From positions 768 through 64,767 of the forward strand of contig JAZNPG010000138.1 in the NCBI GenBank assembly GCA_045589555.1: DNA of 64,000 nt. The letters run 5' to 3'. The translations under genes and the position numbers were made by a program. The notes below the pieces were generated by a model. It was given only the letters and a program-made list of their open reading frames with translations, was not told the DNA's origin and did no database searches. Origin of the DNA: Acutalibacteraceae bacterium (GTDB lineage Bacteria; Bacillota; Clostridia; Oscillospirales; Acutalibacteraceae). Numbering within the stretch: position 1 is the stretch's first letter; the number at the start of each line of letters is the position of its first letter. Shown here piece by piece: positions 43,145-52,423 of this stretch.

Positions 43145-44239
43145 ATGAGCACCGAATTAAAAAGAACCTATGTGCCCTTCAAGGATTGGAAAGAGAAATC
43201 AAAGCAGACCGAATACACCGAAAGCACTCCCCTGCTTGCGCCCGACGGCACTCTGCTTGCAAAAGGTTGGGCAAGGCGCAACGTTTTTGAATATAACCGC
43301 AACCACGTCAAAACAGGTCTTACCAGCCGCAAGGAATGGGATTTCTATAACATTCAGAACGATGAAATGCAGCTGCTTATCAGCTTTGCAAACATCAACA
43401 TCGGCGGCTATGTCGGCGTAAGGCTTGTCAACATAAAAACAGGCGAGGTTATCATTGATTCCAACGAATATTTCCTCGGTCCCAACAAATATGTTCCGCC
43501 TGCAAGGGGCGACGTTCCCAACCGTTTCAACGATAAAATCGGTAAAACCATGTTTGATTTCAACACAATGGAAACGGAAAGAACTCTTTGGATAAGAAAG
43601 CCGTACAAAGGCAAAATTGTTGAATGCGACATAAGCATGGATATCATGCCCGGTCTTGAAAACATAACAACAATTTTCCCCTTTGACGAAGACCCCACAA
43701 GATATTTCATGACAACCAAGCAGTTCTGCATGCCCTGCGGCGGCACGGTTAAATGGGGCGATTACGAATACACCTTCTCAAAGGAAAACGCATTCTGCGC
43801 CCTTGACTGGGGCAGAGTAAACACCATCCACAAAATGGTATGGTACTGGGGCAACGGCTCATTATATGTCACCGATGATAAGGGTGAAAAGCATCTGCTC
43901 GGATTTGAAATCACATGGGCAATCGGCAACGAAAGCCACGCAACCGAAACATGCATTATCTATGACGGTAAGGTTCACAAATTCGGAGCGGTTGACGTTG
44001 AAAAATTCCCGAAGGACAGATTCCTTGAGGAATGGAAGTTTGTTTCCGAGGACGGAAGATTCAATATGACCATGAAGCCCACATTCGATAATCACAGCGA
44101 TATCGACCTGAAAATAGGCAGAATGAACTGCCACCAGATTTTCGGATGGTGGAACGGCGACGTCACACTCGATGACGGCACTAAAATCGAAATCAAGGAT
44201 TTATATACTTTCTGCGAATACGTTGAAAACAGATGGTAA
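43145..44239 (+). CDS. DUF2804-family protein
   Basis: ATG 43145 after an AAGGAG RBS. LLAPDGTLLAKGWARR...RKEWDFYNI...DWGRV...WYWG resembles DUF2804 proteins as I remember them. Confidence 0.6.
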   Translation: MSTELKRTYVPFKDWKEKSKQTEYTESTPLLAPDGTLLAKGWARRNVFEYNRNHVKTGLTSRKEWDFYNIQNDEMQLLISFANINIGGYVGVRLVNIKTGEVIIDSNEYFLGPNKYVPPARGDVPNRFNDKIGKTMFDFNTMETERTLWIRKPYKGKIVECDISMDIMPGLENITTIFPFDEDPTRYFMTTKQFCMPCGGTVKWGDYEYTFSKENAFCALDWGRVNTIHKMVWYWGNGSLYVTDDKGEKHLLGFEITWAIGNESHATETCIIYDGKVHKFGAVDVEKFPKDRFLEEWKFVSEDGRFNMTMKPTFDNHSDIDLKIGRMNCHQIFGWWNGDVTLDDGTKIEIKDLYTFCEYVENRW

Positions 44240-44291
44240 TAAAAAAGGGATATTTCACGAAGCAAAGGCCAAAAGAAACTGAATAAAGAAT

Positions 44292-44331
44292 AAGCGGCTT
44301 GTAAGGGTAAAATCCCGACTACAGGCCGCTT
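44292..44331. terminator. hairpin between convergent genes (DUF2804 / GH92)
   Basis: aagcggcttgta-(16-nt loop)-tacaggccgctt forms a 12-bp stem with one G-T, followed by tggttttgtt. Confidence 0.55.
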
Positions 44332-44387
44332 TGGTTTTGTTGTATAATTAAATTGTTTCGACGTATTTATATACCGTGCGACAACCC

Positions 44388-46610
44388 TTATATTTTGTTA
44401 AAACTGTCGCACGGCTCCTGAGAAAGCTCAACTTTCATCACGCCGCCCGAGGTTATCTCGGCATAGGTGAGATAGGGTCTTGTTATCTTTTCGCCGTTAA
44501 AATATACCACTGAGATATAGGGGTATTCATCGGGGTCTTTATCGCATTCAACGCGAAAGATTTCGCCCGCTGTGCAGGAATGGTATTTCGGGTCAAGCCT
44601 GATGCTTGCCGATTTGAAAAGCGGAGTATTCAGATAATATTCCTCATTAGTGGGACAAACCTGCGCAAAACCGAGCGCAGACAATACATACCATGCCGAA
44701 AGCTGACCGACATCCTCATTGCCGCAGAATCCGAAGGCTCCCGTGCGGTATGCTTCTTTCTGCACCCGTCTTGTCCAGTACTGCGTTCTGTGAGGCATAC
44801 CGAGAATATCAAAATAATGCGTTATATTGTGGCAAGGCTCGTTGGAATGGTTGTAATCCTCGTTCCACAGACGTTTGAAATCCGCTCTTTCAAAGAAACG
44901 TTCCAGCAGCTCAATCGTTCTTTCCCTGCCGAAAAGCTCGCTCAACCCCTCAACATCATACGGCACAAACCATGATTGCTGATAGATATTGCTTTCAACC
45001 GTACCGTCATCGTCATATTCATCCTGCTCGAAAACAAATGAGCCGTCATTATTTCTCGGCGCCATGAATCCGAGACTGCTGTTGTAATTTTCAGGATAAC
45101 GCTTCGCACGGCTCATAAAGAGCTCATAATCCTCCTGCTTGCCAAGCGCCTTTGCAAGCTGTGCCATTGTGTAATCCGCAAGCAGAAGCTCAAGGGTATC
45201 GCTCAGCCTTTCGGGCACATAAGCCTCTTTCAGATACTGCTCGCTTTTGCGCCTTACCGTGCTGAAAGGTCTGCCCGAAAACTCTTCCGCACAAAGAGCC
45301 GAAGCCATTGAGATTGCATAAAGCTTTTCCGCATCAAAATTGCGGATTCCTTTGATATAGGCATCCGATGCCATAATAACCGCAGGGTCGCCGACCATGC
45401 TTTTTGAATCGTTGCCGAGCACCTCCCATCGGGGAAGAGATGTGTTTTTATGTTCTGCAATTCTTAAAAGAGAATTCACCTCATCGTTGACCGTTTCGGG
45501 GCTGATGAGAGTCAGCAGCGGAAATTCGCTTCTGTAAACATCCCAGCCGCTGAAAACCGTTCTGTGAGTATATTCGGCTTTAAAAATATCGTTTGTGATT
45601 GTGAATCTGCCGTCTGTATCCGCTGCAATTCTCGGGTCAAGCAGAACATGATAAAGGCAGGTGTAAAACAGCTTCTTATCCGTTTCGTTGCTGCCCTCAA
45701 CATACGCTCCGTCAAAGGCTTTTTCCCAAGCCTCGGAAGCCGCTTTTGCCATACCGTCAAAATCAAAGCCCACGCTTTCGGCGTCAAGATTCTTTCTTGC
45801 ACCCTCGAGGTCGGTATATGATATCGCGCATCTGATAACAAGAGGCTCATTCAGTTCGCTGCCGAATTCCGCAAGCAGACCTGCATCCTCATGCTCAAAG
45901 CTTTTCAAGCCCTCCTGCGCAAACTCTTCGTTTGCAAAAAAGCGCATAGACTTTGCAGGAACGGAGGTTTCGATAACAAAATACAGCTTATATGAAATGT
46001 TTCCGCCGCCTCTGCCCAGACCGCCGCCTGCAGGAGTGCAAACAAGGCTGCCCTCCATACGTCGGTCATTTATGATTTCAATTTTTTCATAATCGGCATG
46101 TCCGCCAATTCTTCGCGAAAAATTGAAGATAACTCTTGCATCGGATTTTTCGGGATATGTAAAACGCAGCATTCCGGTTCTTTCCGAAACCGTAGCCTCC
46201 GCCCTGATATTGTATCTGTCAAGCATGACCGAATAAAAGCCCGCTTTTGCAATTTCTTTTTCATGGCTGAACGGAGATTTCCAGCCCTCTGTTCCTTTCT
46301 CAAACGGAACTTCTTCATTGCTTCCGCTGCGCAAATCCGTTTCACCCGTTACGGGCATAATCTGAACGTTGCCGAGGTCGCCGTACCAGCCGATTCCGCT
46401 CATTCGGTTCATGCTGAAGCCCTCAATCGTGTTCTGGCAATAGTTATAGCCCGTGCCGTTATCGCCTCCCGTTACCGTATCGGGCGAAAGCTGAACCATT
46501 CCGCCGGGAACGCAGGCGCCGGGATAGGTTTTTCCGCCGCCGTGAAAGCTTTCTTCCTGCTCATCCCCGACCGTTCCTATCATCGGGTCAACATATTCAG
46601 TTTTTCTCAT
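44388..46610 (-). CDS. glycoside hydrolase family 92 (alpha-mannosidase-like)
   Basis: The N-terminus VDPMIGT...GGKTYPGA..PGGMVQLSPDT and ~740 aa are typical of GH92. Confidence 0.8.
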   Translation of the reverse strand: MRKTEYVDPMIGTVGDEQEESFHGGGKTYPGACVPGGMVQLSPDTVTGGDNGTGYNYCQNTIEGFSMNRMSGIGWYGDLGNVQIMPVTGETDLRSGSNEEVPFEKGTEGWKSPFSHEKEIAKAGFYSVMLDRYNIRAEATVSERTGMLRFTYPEKSDARVIFNFSRRIGGHADYEKIEIINDRRMEGSLVCTPAGGGLGRGGGNISYKLYFVIETSVPAKSMRFFANEEFAQEGLKSFEHEDAGLLAEFGSELNEPLVIRCAISYTDLEGARKNLDAESVGFDFDGMAKAASEAWEKAFDGAYVEGSNETDKKLFYTCLYHVLLDPRIAADTDGRFTITNDIFKAEYTHRTVFSGWDVYRSEFPLLTLISPETVNDEVNSLLRIAEHKNTSLPRWEVLGNDSKSMVGDPAVIMASDAYIKGIRNFDAEKLYAISMASALCAEEFSGRPFSTVRRKSEQYLKEAYVPERLSDTLELLLADYTMAQLAKALGKQEDYELFMSRAKRYPENYNSSLGFMAPRNNDGSFVFEQDEYDDDGTVESNIYQQSWFVPYDVEGLSELFGRERTIELLERFFERADFKRLWNEDYNHSNEPCHNITHYFDILGMPHRTQYWTRRVQKEAYRTGAFGFCGNEDVGQLSAWYVLSALGFAQVCPTNEEYYLNTPLFKSASIRLDPKYHSCTAGEIFRVECDKDPDEYPYISVVYFNGEKITRPYLTYAEITSGGVMKVELSQEPCDSFNKI

Positions 46611-46614
46611 TTTA

Positions 46615-48426
46615 TCACCTTATTTTCGGAATTTCCGTCATTCTGAGTTTTGCACAGCCGTAGGGATAAAGAAACATTTCTTCTTCGTCGCTTACAGCCT
46701 CTGTTGATTCGGGAATCTTTGCGCAAACGGTATCGTAGCCGTCCTCAAAGCCCCAGTTAATTTTCCTGACACCCGTTCTGACTGTTACGGGCGGATTCTG
46801 CGAGGAAAACGGTATATCGCCGATTTCATTGCGCTGAATTTCAAGGGAATCCGAGCAATACGCATAGTTCCAGTCTGATTCGGGAATCAGCTCGTAATCG
46901 CAATACGGAAATTTGCGTTCAACGCCGTCTCTTTCGTATTCAAGCATTCTCTTTTCATATTTAATCGGAACAGAGAAAACAAGCGAGCCGCATTTAACAG
47001 ATTTCAGCCCATGTGGTCTTTCAACAAAACCGGCTTTAACCTCAAAACTGATATCAAGCTCAAGCTTTTCGCCTGCAATCAGGTCAAACGAAAGCTCCTC
47101 TGCATCGCAAGCCTCACCGTTCACCTTGAGATTTTCGGCAAATGAGGGAATTCGGATTTTAAACGTAATCGCATCCTTGACCTCAACGGTATATCTGAAG
47201 CTGTTTTCAAACGGATAGTTCGTTTCAAGCGTAATGCGCTCATTTTTCGTTTTAAGCTCCGACGGTACGGGCAGAACATTCACAACCGTGTCGCCGTCAT
47301 ACATAAATGCGGATAGCGCAAATTTCGGCCATGCCTGATTGAAGTTTGCGGTGCAGCAGCCAAAGTTGGGTTCAAGACCGAAAAGGTGCGATTCGCTGCC
47401 GTTTGTTCTGAAAATCGGCTTTCCGGGAAATTTCACGCAGGCTGTCTGGTTGCTCATCTGGTCATACTGGTGAGTCCACATATCGTCGCTCAGCGTTGCG
47501 GGAAGAGCGTTAAACGCAAGCATTTCAAGCCTTTCGGCCCATTTCTTATCGCCCGTATACGCATAAAGAATTTCATAGGAATACATCTGCTCCGCAACGG
47601 CGCACAGCTCCGTGCCCTGAATCGGGCTCAGACCCGAAAGGCATTCGTCGCCCGTAAAAAGACCGACGGGAGTGCCGTTATACTCTTTCAGAATTCCGTG
47701 AAGCTTTTCCGCATTGTCGGTATATTCTTCCCCGAGAATTCCGCAGGAAACCGCCTCGCTCTTTAGCATCATACCCATGTTGACTATATGCGTATCAAAC
47801 CTCCAGCGATTGAGCGGTCTTTTCCAGAGCGGAGTTGCCTCGTTATAGTCAAGACCCTGCTCTTTCAGGATTCTCGCAAGGTCGGCAAGCCAATTCTCTT
47901 TGCAGCGCTCATAAATAAAATTAATTGCAATGAAGCACTCAAACCATCTTGCCTTGCCCCAGTCATAGAGAGCAATTTCGCCGTTTTTCAGCAGTTCATA
48001 ATAGTTTTTGAGAACTCTGTAAACAACATCGGGAATCCGTTCGTCGCCCGAGCACTGATAATAAACCGTCAGCGTTTTTGAAATCAGCTGAACAGCCCAT
48101 GTATCATATGTTTTTCTGTCCTCATCCTTGCATGGGCAAATCCAGCCGTCGGGCTTCTGGAAAGAGAGAATTGCATCGATATATTTTTTTGCTCTCGCAA
48201 TCATATCCTCGTTTTCAAGCAGATATGCAAGCGGAACAAAACCGTCAAGCCAGTATGGCACTCTCTCCCAACCCTCTTTGTCGCCGCCAATCCAAGAGCT
48301 GTTTCTGATATCGGGCCAGATTTTATCGAGGTTGCCGCTCAGACCCTCCGCCTGAATTTCAAGCTGCCTTCTGAGCCAGCCCCTCGGCTTAATTTCTTTT
48401 GATGTATAAAAATCAAATTTGTTCAT
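46615..48426 (-). CDS. GH127-like (DUF1680) six-hairpin glycosidase
   Basis: GTELCAV (E-x-C) and FGCCTANF (CC..N) resemble the Zn-Cys3-Glu site of GH127 beta-L-arabinofuranosidases. Lies 4 nt upstream of the GH92 gene. Confidence 0.6.
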   Translation of the reverse strand: MNKFDFYTSKEIKPRGWLRRQLEIQAEGLSGNLDKIWPDIRNSSWIGGDKEGWERVPYWLDGFVPLAYLLENEDMIARAKKYIDAILSFQKPDGWICPCKDEDRKTYDTWAVQLISKTLTVYYQCSGDERIPDVVYRVLKNYYELLKNGEIALYDWGKARWFECFIAINFIYERCKENWLADLARILKEQGLDYNEATPLWKRPLNRWRFDTHIVNMGMMLKSEAVSCGILGEEYTDNAEKLHGILKEYNGTPVGLFTGDECLSGLSPIQGTELCAVAEQMYSYEILYAYTGDKKWAERLEMLAFNALPATLSDDMWTHQYDQMSNQTACVKFPGKPIFRTNGSESHLFGLEPNFGCCTANFNQAWPKFALSAFMYDGDTVVNVLPVPSELKTKNERITLETNYPFENSFRYTVEVKDAITFKIRIPSFAENLKVNGEACDAEELSFDLIAGEKLELDISFEVKAGFVERPHGLKSVKCGSLVFSVPIKYEKRMLEYERDGVERKFPYCDYELIPESDWNYAYCSDSLEIQRNEIGDIPFSSQNPPVTVRTGVRKINWGFEDGYDTVCAKIPESTEAVSDEEEMFLYPYGCAKLRMTEIPKIR

Positions 48427-48541
48427 TTAATTACCTCCTTGAGCTATGCTGATTTTACCATATCGGCAAACACAAATTCAATAGATATTATAAAAATAGA
48501 TAATAAAATAAACAAAATTATTACCATAAATTACATTTTTA

Positions 48542-48571
48542 TTGACAAACCGACAAATTTTGTTATATAAT
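48542..48571 (+). promoter_or_regulatory. sigma-A-type promoter candidate for the zinc-ribbon/SPFH cluster
   Basis: TTGACA (48542-47), then TGTTATATAAT, giving TATATA at a 16-nt spacer or TATAAT at an 18-nt spacer. Confidence 0.55.
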
Positions 48572-48622
48572 TTTTTCTGCAAGATTATACAAAAAACTTG
48601 CATTAAGGAGGGTTTTGCGAAA

Positions 48623-49219
48623 ATGTCAATTGATGTTGTTGCTGCAACCTGCAGAGGCTGCGGCGCACCGCTGAGCATCGGCGCAAAGGTTTGCGATTAC
48701 TGCCAGGGACCTGTTACAATTTCAACATTCAACAGCGTCAACAGCATGCCTCTGCCTATGATAAATAAATATGCAATGTCATACAGCAGAGATTTAGCAG
48801 GTAATCCCAACGACAAGCAGTCAAACACAGCGGTAGCTTATTGTTATCTTAAGCTTAAGATGTACGATAAAGCGCTTTCATTTTTCGAAAAAGCGGTTGA
48901 AGATAATTTTGACGATTCCGAGGTTTATTTCTATGCTGCGGTTTGCTGCCTCAAGGGCACAAAAGCATTCCTGCATCAGAGACCCACAATCAACAAAATC
49001 GAAGAATTCCTGAATGCCGCAACGATGATTGAGCCCAAGGGTATCTATTATTATTTCTGGGCTTATATCAAGTATGATTACTACGAAAGAAAATTCCTTA
49101 ATACCAACCCCAATTACAGAAGCATGCTGGCAACTGCGGCATCCTACGGTGTTTCGGAATATGATAAAAATCAGCTTTTCTCAATTCTTAATGTGGAGAA
49201 ACCCGCGCAATTGGGATAA
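48623..49219 (+). CDS. zinc-ribbon + helical-repeat (TPR-like) protein
   Basis: ATG 48623 after an AAGGAGGG RBS. CRGCGAPLSIGAKVCDYCQG is a CxxC..CxxC ribbon. The rest is helical-repeat-like (AYCYLKLKMYDKALSFFEKAVE). Confidence 0.55.
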   Translation: MSIDVVAATCRGCGAPLSIGAKVCDYCQGPVTISTFNSVNSMPLPMINKYAMSYSRDLAGNPNDKQSNTAVAYCYLKLKMYDKALSFFEKAVEDNFDDSEVYFYAAVCCLKGTKAFLHQRPTINKIEEFLNAATMIEPKGIYYYFWAYIKYDYYERKFLNTNPNYRSMLATAASYGVSEYDKNQLFSILNVEKPAQLG

Positions 49220-49254
49220 GCAAAACAATAATATTTTTTAAGGAGTTAAAAATT

Positions 49255-49953
49255 ATGGCATCAAACGAAGTTCTCAACTTAGGCGTACAGAAGGCACTGA
49301 TTCAGCAGTATTTCAAGGAGCTGAAAGAAGGCAAAACACATGACCAGAAAGCGGTTATCGACTTCTTCTCCGTTGACTATATCGGCGGCTGCCTCGGTAA
49401 GATTTCAAGCTCAATGACAATTGAGCAGTATCAGCAGAAGGTTCTTGAAAGATGTAACAGCCTTCACATAAAAGAAAGAGCAGAAGCAAAAATCGGTGTT
49501 GACAGAAGCCAGCTTTACGAAATCAACCCCATCTGCCTGAGCGGTTTCTGCTATGGTGATCTTCTCAAGGATAACATCATGCTGAAGGTTTCTCCCGACG
49601 GATATGCCGTTTCCTCGCAGTACAGCGTTTCATGGATTTTCTTCAGCACTCTTCAGATTTATATTTATACAATCACTTTTGATATGCACAGCGATAACAT
49701 CTGGGAAGAAACATATGACTTCTTCTATCAGGATATCACAAGCTTCTCAACCGAAACAAAAATCGTTGAAAACATCATCAAGAAAGGCTGCCTCTTCTTC
49801 AAGAAAGTTACAAAGAAGAATTACAGAGTTGACTCTCTTGAAATCAGAGTTCCCAACGACCATTATTATTTCTCAATGCGTAACAGCGAAAATGTTACCC
49901 GCAGCATAAGCGCTGCCAAGGCAATGCTTCGCGAAAGAAAGTTCTTAAGATAA
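49255..49953 (+). CDS. hypothetical protein
   Basis: AAGGAG RBS, 232 aa, no family recognised. Confidence 0.5.
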   Translation: MASNEVLNLGVQKALIQQYFKELKEGKTHDQKAVIDFFSVDYIGGCLGKISSSMTIEQYQQKVLERCNSLHIKERAEAKIGVDRSQLYEINPICLSGFCYGDLLKDNIMLKVSPDGYAVSSQYSVSWIFFSTLQIYIYTITFDMHSDNIWEETYDFFYQDITSFSTETKIVENIIKKGCLFFKKVTKKNYRVDSLEIRVPNDHYYFSMRNSENVTRSISAAKAMLRERKFLR

Positions 49954-49962
49954 CAATTTTTC

Positions 49963-49991
49963 AAAGGCAACGCCGTTGCGGTGTTGCCTTT
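49963..49991 (+). terminator. hairpin between second and third genes of the cluster (terminator/attenuator candidate)
   Basis: aaaggcaac-gccgttgcggt-gttgccttt, followed by tgaggtttt. Confidence 0.45.
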
Positions 49992-50004
49992 TGAGGTTTT
50001 AAAA

Positions 50005-50484
50005 ATGGATAACTCGGATAACTATGAATATGATGTGAGCGGAATTCCGCTGCTTTATGACAGCGACCCGCACGAAAAAATTCACAACCCCCTCGAAAGA
50101 CCCGAGGTCAGGTTCAAAAAGCCGATAACTGCTTTCGCAGGCTGGATTGTGCTTATGCTCGCAATGTTTTTTTCAGCCAAAGCAGCGCTGAACGGCTTCG
50201 GTGCGGAATTGCCCGTAAGCAATTTGGCGGCAGCAGCCATCGCTTCGGTTGTTTCAGGCTTCATTTACTGTCTTGTAATTTCCAAAAAAGCCGTAATCTG
50301 GCTTGTCAAGCTTTATCAGAGCCGAGCCTCCGACGCAGTAAGGCTCCGTTGCGTTTTTGAGCCGAGCTGCTCTGCTTATATGATTATGGCTGTTGAAAAA
50401 TACGGAACCTTCATTGGCGTATCCAAAGGAATAATACGCCTTTTCAGATGCCATCCGCCCAACGGCGGAAAGGACTACCCTTAA
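50005..50484 (+). CDS. membrane-anchored YidD-like protein (membrane protein insertion efficiency factor domain)
   Basis: C-terminal CVFEPSCSAYMIMAVEKYGTFIGVSKGIIRLFRCHPPNGGKDYP matches the YidD signature. The N-terminal ~100 aa carry two hydrophobic helices. Confidence 0.65.
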   Translation: MDNSDNYEYDVSGIPLLYDSDPHEKIHNPLERPEVRFKKPITAFAGWIVLMLAMFFSAKAALNGFGAELPVSNLAAAAIASVVSGFIYCLVISKKAVIWLVKLYQSRASDAVRLRCVFEPSCSAYMIMAVEKYGTFIGVSKGIIRLFRCHPPNGGKDYP

Positions 50485-50507
50485 TTCAGATGTGAGGAGT
50501 GATTTTT

Positions 50508-51716
50508 ATGGGACTTTTCAGCAAAAAAGAACCCGAAACCGGTCCTAACGGTTATAAAAAGCATTTTACCAACGTAATAAAGAATTCAGGCACAAGCCAG
50601 ATGCTTATCTGGCGCCAGCCCGAGGAAGATTTCAACACAAACTCAACTCTAATAGTTATGCCCGGCGAAGAAGCGCTCTTCATTAAAGGCGGCAACGTTG
50701 AAGCGGTGTTCACACCCGGCACATATAAGCTCAGCACCGAAAACTATCCCTTCATCACAAGGCTCAGAACAGTTTTCAGCGGCGGAGTTTCAACCTTCAA
50801 CTGCGTTGTTTACTTCATCAACAAAACCGCTACAATGGAAATCAAATGGGGCACCCAGACACCCATTCAGGTGCGTGACCCCGTTTTCCAGATCATGTGC
50901 GATGTAGGTGTCAGAGGCACCTTCAGGGTTGAGGTTGCAGACGGCCATAAATTCCTCAACACCATGGTCGGCAACAACGTTAACTTCTATAAAAAAGAGC
51001 ATCTCATGGCTTATTTCCGCAGCGAAATAACAATGCATGTCAAGAGTAACATTGTCAGAGTTATTCAGGGTCTGGGTCAGGAGCTTATCGGAATCAACGC
51101 CCAACAGGATATCATTTCGAAATCGCTCGGCACCGTTCTCAACGAAAGCCTTGAGGAATACGGTATCCATCTGCGCTCCTTTGTTATTGAATCCATTGAT
51201 GTTATTGATAACGAAAACAGAAGAAAGCTCGAGGCGGCAATTGCCAAGAGAGGCGAAATCAATATTCTCGGCAGCAATTATCTTACGCTCGAGCAGATTG
51301 ATATAATGAAAACCGTTGCTTCAAAATCAGGCGGTCAGATGAGTCCGCTCACAGGCATCGGCGTAGGCATGGGTATGGGCAAGGCAATGGGCAACATGAT
51401 GACGGGTATGTTCAGCGGCGAATCCGCAGGCGGAATCAGCCCCATCGATGCTCAGGCAAGCCCTCTTGATAAACTCAACAATCCTGCGCAGAATCAGATG
51501 CCCCAGCAGCCGATGCAGCAGCCGGTGCAGCAGCAATATCAGCAACCGATGCAGCAGCAATATCAGCAGCCTGTTCAACAGCAGGCGGCTCCCCCTGCCA
51601 ACGATTACTCTGCAAAGCTTGAACAGCTCAAGGCTATGTATGAAGCAAATCAGATAAGCAAAGAGGTATATGATGAATACACCTCCAAAATAATGAGCCA
51701 GATGTTTGGCATTTAA
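50508..51716 (+). CDS. YdjI-like SPFH-domain protein with Gln-rich linker and SHOCT-like C-terminus
   Basis: MGLFSKK...LIWRQPEEDFNTNSTLIVMPGEEALFIKGGNVEAVFTPGTYKLSTENYPF matches the COG4260/YdjI-type N-terminus. QQPMQQPVQQQYQQ repeat. C-terminal LEQLKAMYEANQISKEVYDEYTSKI is SHOCT-like. Confidence 0.7.
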   Translation: MGLFSKKEPETGPNGYKKHFTNVIKNSGTSQMLIWRQPEEDFNTNSTLIVMPGEEALFIKGGNVEAVFTPGTYKLSTENYPFITRLRTVFSGGVSTFNCVVYFINKTATMEIKWGTQTPIQVRDPVFQIMCDVGVRGTFRVEVADGHKFLNTMVGNNVNFYKKEHLMAYFRSEITMHVKSNIVRVIQGLGQELIGINAQQDIISKSLGTVLNESLEEYGIHLRSFVIESIDVIDNENRRKLEAAIAKRGEINILGSNYLTLEQIDIMKTVASKSGGQMSPLTGIGVGMGMGKAMGNMMTGMFSGESAGGISPIDAQASPLDKLNNPAQNQMPQQPMQQPVQQQYQQPMQQQYQQPVQQQAAPPANDYSAKLEQLKAMYEANQISKEVYDEYTSKIMSQMFGI

Positions 51717-51733
51717 TCGGTAAAGGTGATTAT

Positions 51734-52405
51734 ATGAAACGAAATATATTTACAGGGCTTGCCCTGCTGATTTTCCCGATTGCGTTTATTGCGGTTTTCT
51801 TTCTGATTGCAGGCACGGAGCATGGCGCCACCTGCTGGATGGGTGTCGGCTTCCTTATGCTCGCCTATGCAATCAAGATTCTCGCTCCGCTCATCACAAC
51901 GCAGTCAAGAGAATCCTATATCATGGGTCTTACCACGAGCAAGGTAACAACCCCCTATTTCATAGCTCAGTTTGTCTACAGCCTCATTCTGATGATAGGC
52001 GATTTTGAGGAATGGAAAATCCCTCTGGTTATCGAAATTATTCTTTCCGCAGGCTTCATCGGTTACATCGCATATCTTCTGGTTTATAACGAGCGCACTG
52101 CGGTTGCCGAAAACAAGCGCGAAGAAAACGTTGCAGGCATCAAGGCGCTCATCTCTCAGGCAAAAAGCATTTATGACCGTGCACAGCTGCCCGAAACCAA
52201 AAAATATGCCAAAGCGGTGTATGATGAAATTAACTCCTGCCCTTCCAGAACAACTCCCGCATTAAAAGAGCTTGATAACTCCATCGCATATGCGCTCAAC
52301 GTTTTTAACCAGACGGTTATTTATGACGATGCCGCCGGTGCAAGAGACAGCGCAAACAAAGCAATAGCTCTTATAAAAATGCGCAAAGAGCAGTCAAAGT
52401 ATTAA
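51734..52405 (+). CDS. four-TM membrane protein with helical cytoplasmic tail
   Basis: Four hydrophobic segments, then a ~100-aa helical region; no family recognised. Confidence 0.55.
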   Translation: MKRNIFTGLALLIFPIAFIAVFFLIAGTEHGATCWMGVGFLMLAYAIKILAPLITTQSRESYIMGLTTSKVTTPYFIAQFVYSLILMIGDFEEWKIPLVIEIILSAGFIGYIAYLLVYNERTAVAENKREENVAGIKALISQAKSIYDRAQLPETKKYAKAVYDEINSCPSRTTPALKELDNSIAYALNVFNQTVIYDDAAGARDSANKAIALIKMRKEQSKY

Positions 52406-52423
52406 TAAAGCAGAGGTTTAATT

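Noticed and set aside
46098-46646. 182-aa plus-strand ORF
   Set aside because: It is antisense to the 5' part of the GH92 gene.
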